Shown one piece after another: positions 56,825 to 64,000 of a stretch of DNA of 64,000 bases. Position 1 is the first letter of the stretch; each line of letters starts with the position of its first letter. A model generated the notes under the pieces. That model saw nothing but the letters and a program-made list of their open reading frames with translations. It was not told where the DNA came from and ran no database searches. Source of the DNA: an uncultured Erysipelotrichaceae bacterium (GTDB lineage: Bacteria > Bacillota_I > Bacilli_A > RF39 > UBA660); assembly GCA_902800945.1 (NCBI GenBank), contig CADCFX010000002.1:682-64681 (forward strand), in the 5' to 3' direction. The translations under genes and the position numbers were made by a program.

Positions 56825-57988
56825 ATGAATCAAGAATTAATAGGTAAATATATTGCTAAAAAAAGAAAGGAGAAAAATCTAACCCAAAGAGATTTAGCTA
56901 AAAAACTTAATATAAGTGAAAAAACTATTTCTAAATGGGAATGTGGTAATGGCTTACCAGAAGTATCTCTTATGCAGCCACTATGTAATGAATTAGAGAT
57001 TACAGTTAATAATCTATTATCAGGAGAAGATGTTGATGATAATGATTCTAATAAAGTAATTGAATATATTAAATACAAAGACAATAAAAATAAGACAATT
57101 ACAAGTATTATAATAATAATCATACTGTTAATAACTATAACTTTATTAACAACAGCTCACATAAAATATAAAAAATTTTATGAAACTAATTACAATAATA
57201 ATAAAGTATATAAAATATCAGGAAGTACAGAAAACTTTAGTTACAATAATTTAATATTAATAGAATCACCAAGTAAAACAATAGCTATAAGTGGCTATAT
57301 TGAATCTTTAGATGAAAAAGTTATACCAATAGAATCTGTATATAAATATGTTCTAAGATATAAAAAGAGAATCATCTTTAGTAATGGTGGTAATATTTCT
57401 AAACAACATACAATGTTATTAGAAGAACCATTAGGATATAATGAATTATTTACAGAAGAAGTCTTAAAAAACAAAGATAAATGGGAAATAGATATATTCT
57501 ATGAAATAGATAATAAAAAACAATATGAAACTATAAAACTAAATAAATATGAATTATTATCTACTAACAAGTATAAAAATGAAAAAGTAGAAAGTATAGA
57601 TAACGGAGAAAGTATCTATACCTATGATCCTAATGTTGATCTTTGTAATTCCTTGTATAAAGATTTTATAAAAAGAATCTCCTCTTATGGCTTTAAAAGA
57701 GAAGGTGAAAGATGTGAATTCACACTAGATAAAGATAACATCGTTATTGACCCAATGCACGGCAAAATACAATATAATTTACCAAAATATAGTTTAAATA
57801 ACTTTTATCGTGGTGAACAAAATAAAATATATATAGAAGAAGGAAATAAAATCTACGAATATGATATAAAAGAGAAAGTAATTAATTGCCCAAACGAAAA
57901 GTGTCTTAAAATAGATAAAGAATTAGAAATAGATATAAATAAATTCCTTGAAATAATAAATAATTATTTAAAAGATGATACTAATTAA
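56825..57988 (+). CDS. membrane-anchored XRE-family helix-turn-helix protein
   Basis: N-terminal HTH (LTQRDLAKKLNISEKTISKWECGNGLPE), one TM segment (ITSIIIIIILLITITLL), and a roughly 260-aa C-terminal domain of unknown function. Confidence 0.7.
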   Translation: MNQELIGKYIAKKRKEKNLTQRDLAKKLNISEKTISKWECGNGLPEVSLMQPLCNELEITVNNLLSGEDVDDNDSNKVIEYIKYKDNKNKTITSIIIIIILLITITLLTTAHIKYKKFYETNYNNNKVYKISGSTENFSYNNLILIESPSKTIAISGYIESLDEKVIPIESVYKYVLRYKKRIIFSNGGNISKQHTMLLEEPLGYNELFTEEVLKNKDKWEIDIFYEIDNKKQYETIKLNKYELLSTNKYKNEKVESIDNGESIYTYDPNVDLCNSLYKDFIKRISSYGFKREGERCEFTLDKDNIVIDPMHGKIQYNLPKYSLNNFYRGEQNKIYIEEGNKIYEYDIKEKVINCPNEKCLKIDKELEIDINKFLEIINNYLKDDTN

Positions 57989-58056
57989 AGTATCGTCTTT
58001 TATTTATCTTACGAATTACTTGTGATATACTTTAAATGGGAAGAATTGGTGATACT

Positions 58057-59085
58057 ATGGGTAAAATAGGATATTTATTTAAAAGAATAAAAGGAATGAA
58101 TTATAAAGGCTTCTTTGATACAATTAATGAAGTTCATAATAAGAGTAAAAAGAATAAGATATTATTATTTTTTGATATCATTCATTGTGGTTTAAAATAT
58201 CAAGCAGGTTATATGGATTATAAACTATTAGAAATGTATAGGATACCAGAAAAAAATAGAAATACTTTTATTACTAGAGGAATTAATAATGAAATAGTAA
58301 CTAAATATAATAATCCTGAATATATTAAATATTTTAGAGATAAAATAGAATTTAATAAAAAGTTTAATAAATATCTAAATAGAGACTGGATGGAAGTAAC
58401 AGAAAATAATTTTGAAGAATTTAAACAGTTTATTAAGAAGCATAAAAGAATCGTTATCAAACCAGTAGATGAGAGTTGTGGAAAAGGCATCGAAATAATT
58501 GAAGTAGATGATAAAAACCTTAAGAAAACATATGATAATATACTTAAAACCAATAGATTTTTAGTCGAAGAGGTAGCTGAGCAATGTAAAGAAATATCAG
58601 CACTTCATCCAAACTCAATCAACACTATTAGAATGGTTACTCTAAATAAACACTTAGTTGCAGCTTATCTACGTATCGGCACAGGAGATAATGTAGTAGA
58701 TAATTTCAATCATGGCGGAATAGTAGTACCAATAAACATAGATACAGGAACAATTGATTATCCAGCTATTGACAAACATGATCATATTTATGAAAAACAT
58801 CCTGATACAGAAATGTCGATAATTAACTTTCAAATACCTAAATGGAATAAGGTTAAAAACTATGTTGAAGAATGCTCTAAAACAATACCAGAAATGGGAT
58901 ATGTAGGATGGGATGTCTGTTTGGGAAAAGATGGACCGTGTTTAATTGAAGGGAATGAATTCCCAGGACATGACATATATCAATTACCACCACATAGAAC
59001 AGAAGATATAGGAATGTTACCATTATTTAAAAAAGCTATGGAAGGAGAAATGAAAAATGAAAATAGCAATAGCAACAGATCATAA
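58057..59085 (+). CDS. ATP-grasp domain protein (sugar-transfer-associated ATP-grasp type)
   Basis: The N-terminal GYLFKRIKGMNY...FFDIIHCGLKYQAGYMDY pattern, and the C-terminal ATP-grasp core (VIKPVDESCGKGI ... GWDVCL...GPCLIEGN). It overlaps the rpiB start by 29 nt. Confidence 0.6.
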   Translation: MGKIGYLFKRIKGMNYKGFFDTINEVHNKSKKNKILLFFDIIHCGLKYQAGYMDYKLLEMYRIPEKNRNTFITRGINNEIVTKYNNPEYIKYFRDKIEFNKKFNKYLNRDWMEVTENNFEEFKQFIKKHKRIVIKPVDESCGKGIEIIEVDDKNLKKTYDNILKTNRFLVEEVAEQCKEISALHPNSINTIRMVTLNKHLVAAYLRIGTGDNVVDNFNHGGIVVPINIDTGTIDYPAIDKHDHIYEKHPDTEMSIINFQIPKWNKVKNYVEECSKTIPEMGYVGWDVCLGKDGPCLIEGNEFPGHDIYQLPPHRTEDIGMLPLFKKAMEGEMKNENSNSNRS

Positions 59086-59488
59086 TGGAGTGAAAGAAAA
59101 GAAAGAATTGATAAAATTACTAGATAATTATGAATTCGTAGACATGAGCACTGATAATAATGCAACAGATGATTATCCAGATTTCGCTAAAAGAGTAGCA
59201 GAATATGTAATAGAGAATCCTGGCGATTTAGGAGTATTAATGTGTGGCACCGGAATAGGAATGAGTATAGCTGCTAATAAAGTTAAAGGAATTAGAGCAG
59301 CTCATTGTTCTAGCCTTGAACAGGCTCATCTAGCTAAAGAGCATAATAATGCAAACATAATAGCACTATCTTATAAACAAGATATAAAAGAATTAAAGAG
59401 CATGATAGAAGAGTTTATTAACACTCCTTTTTCTAACGAAGAAAGACATGCTAGAAGAGTTGATAAAATAAAAGCAATGGAGAAATAG
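59057..59488 (+). CDS. rpiB: ribose-5-phosphate isomerase B
   Basis: MKIAIATDHNG ... GVLMCGTGIGMSIAANKVKGIRAA ... HNNANIIAL. Confidence 0.9.
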   Translation: MKIAIATDHNGVKEKKELIKLLDNYEFVDMSTDNNATDDYPDFAKRVAEYVIENPGDLGVLMCGTGIGMSIAANKVKGIRAAHCSSLEQAHLAKEHNNANIIALSYKQDIKELKSMIEEFINTPFSNEERHARRVDKIKAMEK

Positions 59489-59489
59489 A

Positions 59490-59690
59490 ATGAACTATAA
59501 AGCCTATATATACGTAATTAGTGTTTTATTAAGTGCTTATGCTTTATCTGGAATAAACTATGATGGTTTTATCAAAAAAAATAAAGCTTTAGAAGCTCGT
59601 ATATTAGTAATAGTATCAAGTTTAGCGCTAGGATATTTAATTACAAATTTTATAACAGATTTCCTACAAGTGAGTTCTATTATAAAATAA
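59490..59690 (+). CDS. small 2-TM membrane protein (possibly DUF1146/YwzB-like)
   Basis: 66 aa with two hydrophobic helices. It sits in the ywl/ywz-like neighbourhood. Confidence 0.35.
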   Translation: MNYKAYIYVISVLLSAYALSGINYDGFIKKNKALEARILVIVSSLALGYLITNFITDFLQVSSIIK

Positions 59691-59789
59691 CATCCAACCA
59701 ATACTATTATATCACTAAATTACTACAATTGTTAGATATTTCTTTTATACAAAAAATGTTATAATTGAGACAAGGAGGAAGATGATTAT

Positions 59790-60326
59790 ATGAAATATAA
59801 CATCAGAGGAGATAAATTAACTGTAACAGGAGCTATGAAATCATACATAGAAGAAAAATTATCTAAAATGGATAAATATTTCGAAGAACCAGGTGATATA
59901 ACAGCTACTGTATTAGTTAAAGTTAAAGATTTGGAACAAACAATCGAAGTAACTGTTCCGACAAAAAGATTTACTATTAGAGCAGAGGAATCAAACGAAG
60001 ATTTTTATGCTGCAGTAGACCTAGTTATCAATAAGTTAGAAAGACAAATAAGAAAGAATAAAGATAGATTATCAAAAAAATATAAAAATTCGGAACATAT
60101 AGAATTCAATTTTAATTATGAAGATGAAGAAGAGAAAGAAGAAAACACATCTAAAATAGTTAAAAGAAAGAACATATCAATGAAACCAATGGATGAAGAA
60201 GAAGCTATTCTTCAAATAGAATTACTAAACCATGATTTCTTTGTCTTTAAGAACATTGATGAAGAATGCGTATCAGTTTTATATGTCAGAAAAGATGGAA
60301 ACTACGGAATAATAAATATGAAATAG
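59790..60326 (+). CDS. hpf: ribosome hibernation promoting factor (long HPF)
   Basis: MKYNIRGDKLTVTGAMKSYIEEKL, plus the C-terminal dimerisation domain (KPMDEEEAILQIELLNHDFFVF). Confidence 0.9.
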   Translation: MKYNIRGDKLTVTGAMKSYIEEKLSKMDKYFEEPGDITATVLVKVKDLEQTIEVTVPTKRFTIRAEESNEDFYAAVDLVINKLERQIRKNKDRLSKKYKNSEHIEFNFNYEDEEEKEENTSKIVKRKNISMKPMDEEEAILQIELLNHDFFVFKNIDEECVSVLYVRKDGNYGIINMK

Positions 60327-60347
60327 ATGGGCAACCATCTTTTTTTC
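60325..60347 (+). terminator. intrinsic terminator after hpf
   Basis: AGATGG-GCAA-CCATCT followed by six T residues. Confidence 0.7.
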
Positions 60348-60462
60348 TGTACAAAGGAAATATATTTGCTTGAATTTATTGACAATATAGATTAAAATAT
60401 AGAATACGTAGAGAAAGGGGATTCTATGCCCTTATTTATAAAAAAGACATGGAGGAATACTT

Positions 60463-62961
60463 ATGGGACTATTAAGATCATTGATAGATTCAGAATATAA
60501 AGAATTAAAGAAATTTGAAAAGCAAGCCAAACAGATAGATGCTTTAAGTGAAGAGATGGCTGCCCTAAGCGATAAAGAGCTAGCAGCTAAAACAGAAGAA
60601 TTTAAAAAAGAACTAGAAAATGGAAAAACTTTAGAAGACATCCTAGTACCGGCTTTTGCAACTGTTAGAGAGGCCGCTTACAGAGTAATTGGTGAAAAGC
60701 CATATTTTGTTCAAATATTAGGTGGTTTAGCAATTCACTATGGTAATATAGCTGAGATGAAAACCGGTGAAGGAAAAACATTAGTGGCTACAATGCCAGC
60801 ATATCTAAATGCATTAACTGGAAAAGGAGTTCATATAATTACAGTTAATGAATACTTAGCGAATCGTGATGCTGAATGGATGGGTAAAATTCATGAATTT
60901 TTAGGATTAACTGTTGGAGTTAATAAAAGAGAAATGTCATCTCAGCAAAAAAGAGAAGCTTATAATTGTGATATCTTATATTCAACTAATAACGAAATAG
61001 GCTTTGATTACTTAAGAGATAATATGGTTCCAAGAGCTCAAGATAGAGTTCAAAGACCATTAAATTTTGTAATTGTCGATGAAGTTGACTCAATATTAAT
61101 TGATGAAGCACGTACACCATTAATCATATCTGGTGGTAAGATGGATTCTAAAAATCTATATGAATCAGCAGATAGCGCTGTTAAAAGATTAGAAGAAGAT
61201 GATTATACAATCGATGAAAAAACTAAGAGTGTATCATTAACAGATTCTGGTGTTGAGCTAATAGAAAAAATATTTCATCTAAAAAATCTGTTTGATTTAG
61301 AAAATGCTGCTTTAGTTCATCATTTGAATCAAGCATTAAAAGCCAACTATGGGATGAAAAATGACGTTGACTACGTAGTAGAAAACGGCGAAGTAATAAT
61401 AGTTGATCAATTCACTGGTCGTTTAATGCATGGCCGTCAATATAGTGATGGATTGCACCAAGCAATCGAAGCTAAAGAGGGCGTAAAAATTAATGAAGAA
61501 ACAAAGACTATGGCAACCATAACATTCCAAAATTTATTTAGAATGTACAATAAACTATCTGGTATGACAGGAACAGCAAAAACTGAAGAAGAAGAATTTA
61601 GAGATATCTACAATATGTATGTTATACAAATCCCAACTAATAAACCCGTTATTAGAGAAGATTATCCTGACTTAGTATATGCCACAGAAACTGGTAAGTT
61701 TAAAGCTATAGTAAGAAAAATTAAAGAAGTTCATGAAACAGGGCAACCAATTCTAGTTGGTACTGTATCTGTAGAAAACAATGAAAAACTAAGCGCCCTA
61801 CTAAAAAAAGAAGGTTTAAAACATGAAGTATTAAATGCCAAAAACCACGAAAGAGAAGCAGAGATAATTGCTAAAGCCGGAGAAAAGGGAGCAATCACCA
61901 TTGCAACCAACATGGCTGGACGTGGTACAGATATCAAACTTGGCGAAGGAGTTAAAGAACTTGGAGGTTTATGTGTAATTGGTACAGAAAGACATGAATC
62001 TCGTCGTATTGATAATCAGTTAAGAGGACGTTCTGGTCGTCAAGGAGATCCTGGTATGTCACAATTCTTCGTATCATTTGATGATGAATTAATGAGAAGA
62101 TTTGGTACAGATAGAATTAAACAAATGCTAATAAATGTTGGATTCTCTGATGAACAAGCAATTAGATCTAAAACATTTACTAAGAGTATAGAACAAGCCC
62201 AAAAGAAAGTTGAAGGCAATAACTATGATATTCGTAAAACGCTACTAGATTATGATAATGTAATGAATGAACAAAGAGAAATAATCTATGCTAGACGTAA
62301 TGAAATACTAGATCAAGATTCTATCAAAGAAAGAACTCAAGAAACATTCTTGACTAATATTACTTACCTAGTTAATAGCCACATTGAACCAGAAGGATAT
62401 CTGACAGAATTTGATAAGAGTGAAATAATTGAGTATTTGAATACTAATTTAATAAAGACTACCAAACTAGATGTTAAAGAAATAATAGATATGAAAACTG
62501 AGGGAGAAGTAATAGACTACTTAACAGAAAAAGTTAAGGAAGATTACCAAGAAAAGGTAAAAGATATTCCAGAAGAAGTAATAAATGAATTTGAAAAAGC
62601 AATCGCCCTTAGAGTTATAGATGAAGCTTGGATAGATCATATTGGAGCTATGGAGCACTTAAGAGAAGGGATAGGACTTCGTGGCTATGCTCAAACCAAT
62701 CCATTGCAAGCATATACACTAGAGGGATATGAACTATTCGACGATTTAATGGCTGGTATTTCTTCTAACATTTCAATTTACTTGTTGAAAGCAGAAGTTA
62801 GACAAAATACTGAAAGAAAAGATCAAAGAAATAATACTATAGTTCACGATACACATGTTAAACAAAAAGGCCAACCAATAAAGAAAGAAAAGAAGATAGG
62901 TCGTAATGACTTATGTCCATGTGGAAGTGGTAAGAAATATAAACAATGCCACGGAAAGTAG
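60463..62961 (+). CDS. secA: preprotein translocase ATPase SecA
   Basis: 832 aa with MKTGEGKTLV, DEVDSILIDEARTPLIISG, TNMAGRGTDI, and the C-terminal zinc finger CPCGSGKKYKQCHG. Confidence 0.97.
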   Translation: MGLLRSLIDSEYKELKKFEKQAKQIDALSEEMAALSDKELAAKTEEFKKELENGKTLEDILVPAFATVREAAYRVIGEKPYFVQILGGLAIHYGNIAEMKTGEGKTLVATMPAYLNALTGKGVHIITVNEYLANRDAEWMGKIHEFLGLTVGVNKREMSSQQKREAYNCDILYSTNNEIGFDYLRDNMVPRAQDRVQRPLNFVIVDEVDSILIDEARTPLIISGGKMDSKNLYESADSAVKRLEEDDYTIDEKTKSVSLTDSGVELIEKIFHLKNLFDLENAALVHHLNQALKANYGMKNDVDYVVENGEVIIVDQFTGRLMHGRQYSDGLHQAIEAKEGVKINEETKTMATITFQNLFRMYNKLSGMTGTAKTEEEEFRDIYNMYVIQIPTNKPVIREDYPDLVYATETGKFKAIVRKIKEVHETGQPILVGTVSVENNEKLSALLKKEGLKHEVLNAKNHEREAEIIAKAGEKGAITIATNMAGRGTDIKLGEGVKELGGLCVIGTERHESRRIDNQLRGRSGRQGDPGMSQFFVSFDDELMRRFGTDRIKQMLINVGFSDEQAIRSKTFTKSIEQAQKKVEGNNYDIRKTLLDYDNVMNEQREIIYARRNEILDQDSIKERTQETFLTNITYLVNSHIEPEGYLTEFDKSEIIEYLNTNLIKTTKLDVKEIIDMKTEGEVIDYLTEKVKEDYQEKVKDIPEEVINEFEKAIALRVIDEAWIDHIGAMEHLREGIGLRGYAQTNPLQAYTLEGYELFDDLMAGISSNISIYLLKAEVRQNTERKDQRNNTIVHDTHVKQKGQPIKKEKKIGRNDLCPCGSGKKYKQCHGK

Positions 62962-63019
62962 CATAAAATAAGGGTTTGCGAGTGATAATGCTCGCAAAAT
63001 CCACTACTTAAAATGGTAA

Positions 63020-63181
63020 ATGTTCGCAAAAAGTTCGCACAAAAAATATTTTAAGGATAATCATTTTAAAATATTGTTAGGTGTTTGTCGTGGTAAAAAG
63101 AATTATGATAAAAGAGAAACTATTAAGAATAGGGATGTTCAAAGAGAAGCTCTTAAGGACATAAAGAATTATAGTAGATAA
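63020..63181 (+). pseudogene. smpB: 5'-truncated smpB remnant (C-terminal third only)
   Basis: 53-codon frame reading ...KKYFKDNHFKILLGVCRGKKNYDKRETIKNRDVQREALKDIKNYSR. It aligns by eye with the last strands and tail of SmpB (B. subtilis ...[35 protein letters not shown]...). There is no SD, and the N-terminal two thirds are absent. Confidence 0.6.
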
Positions 63182-63186
63182 AGATG

Positions 63187-63219
63187 ACCTTAATTGATTT
63201 GTCAATTAAGGTTTTGTTT
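63187..63219 (+). terminator. strong intrinsic terminator
   Basis: ACCTTAATTGA-TTTG-TCAATTAAGGT (11-bp stem) followed by TTTTGTTT. Confidence 0.75.
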
Positions 63220-63306
63220 GACTATAAATTGAATAATATATTATTATTTTTTTTTGTATTATTATTTTATTTGGTATAATAACCATAGAGTGGGTGACGT
63301 AATTTT

Positions 63307-64000
63307 ATGAAAAATAAAAAAGTATTAATTAGTGCAATAGTATTATTATTATTAGTAGTATTTATTGAAATTGTTTTAATAGTTAAAAATGATAAAAAGT
63401 CCAGTGGTACGGAGATAGAAACTCCTAGCATTGTTTTAGGCAAAGAATCTTATCAGTTGAAGGTTAATGATCGAATAAGACTTTATGCAAAGGTTGTTCC
63501 AACTTCAGATGAAAAAGTAGTTATTACTTGGGAAAGTACCAATGAAAAAGTGGCAACCGTTAATAAAGATGGGCTAGTAGAAGCTAAGAAAGTTGGGACT
63601 ACTAATATAATTGCCAAAGCAGATGGAATAGAGTCTGGAGTTTGCGAAGTGATTGTTAGTGACGAGGATGTCATAGAAGTTAAAGAACTAAAGATGAGTG
63701 AGTCATCATTATCACTAGTAGTTGGAGATGAAGAGACTCTTGAAGTTCAAATAAAACCAGAAAATGCCGTAAGCAAAGTATTAAGATGGAATAGTAGTAA
63801 TGAAGAAATAGTTGAAGTAGATCAAAATGGAAAAATACAAGCCAAGAAGAAAGGAACTGCTTTAATTGAAGCAATTTCTGTTAATAAAAAAAGGGCAACA
63901 TGTAAGATAGAAGTAAAAGAAAAAGAAGAGAAGAAAGAAGATACTACTGATAAGCCAAAAGAAACAAAACCTGAAGAAAATCCAGCGGAAATACCAAGTG
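63307..64000 (+). CDS. surface protein with bacterial Ig-like (Big_2) repeats, 3' end outside the window
   Basis: It is not in the ORF track because the frame is still open at the window edge. MKNKKVLISAIVLLLLLVVF signal/anchor, two repeats of the VxW.S.N..VATV...G.V.A...GT..I pattern, then a Lys/Glu/Pro-rich linker. Confidence 0.75.
   Translation, partial: MKNKKVLISAIVLLLLVVFIEIVLIVKNDKKSSGTEIETPSIVLGKESYQLKVNDRIRLYAKVVPTSDEKVVITWESTNEKVATVNKDGLVEAKKVGTTNIIAKADGIESGVCEVIVSDEDVIEVKELKMSESSLSLVVGDEETLEVQIKPENAVSKVLRWNSSNEEIVEVDQNGKIQAKKKGTALIEAISVNKKRATCKIEVKEKEEKKEDTTDKPKETKPEENPAEIPS

Noticed and set aside
62975-62998. The hairpin TTTGCGAG-8 nt-CTCGCAAA after secA as a canonical intrinsic terminator.
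   Set aside because: The 8-bp stem is good, but no U-run follows on the plus strand. It may still pause or terminate transcription, but it cannot be called with confidence.

Overview
This window is the replication-origin region of a very AT-rich Bacillota-type chromosome. It uses the standard code, and TGA is a stop (prfA, murA). The coding strand flips at about 41.6 kb. The left arm is almost entirely minus-strand: dnaA, dnaN, comK, recF, gyrB, gyrA, SRP RNA, tadA, dnaX, ybaB, recR, holB, ricT, pth, mfd, dut, tatD, rsmA, spoVG, divIC, nrdG, ecfA1/A2/T, truA, rplM, rpsI, an accessory block, an Abi gene, htrA, rimO and a partial tRNA. The right arm is plus-strand: rpmH, rnpA, yidC, jag, mnmE, mnmG, rsmG, noc, argS, rpoE, prfA, prmC, murA, rpmE, rpiB, hpf and secA. 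oriC lies between dnaA and rpmH and contains an inverted pair of perfect DnaA boxes. I found no CRISPR array, IS element, prophage or clear multi-gene defence island. The observations most worth follow-up are these. (1) A roughly 500-nt non-coding, G+C-enriched transcript unit with a consensus promoter sits directly upstream of a small 4-TM protein and may be a large structured RNA. (2) Four perfect parS palindromes are packed into one 150-bp spacer, yet no soj/spo0J pair occupies the canonical slot. (3) Three identical 22-bp palindromes match the Noc-binding site. (4) The only ParB-family gene is Noc-like but lacks the N-terminal membrane-targeting helix and carries a roughly 230-aa acidic insertion. 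(5) An accessory block at 4.4-11.9 kb holds an Abi_2 gene, a zinc PLC-like protein, HD/ASCH/DHH hydrolases and a NUDIX gene frameshifted inside the Nudix box. (6) The ECF transporter ATPase pair has degenerate catalytic motifs. (7) A 5'-truncated smpB remnant follows secA. All domain calls come from by-eye motif recognition and have not been checked by database search.
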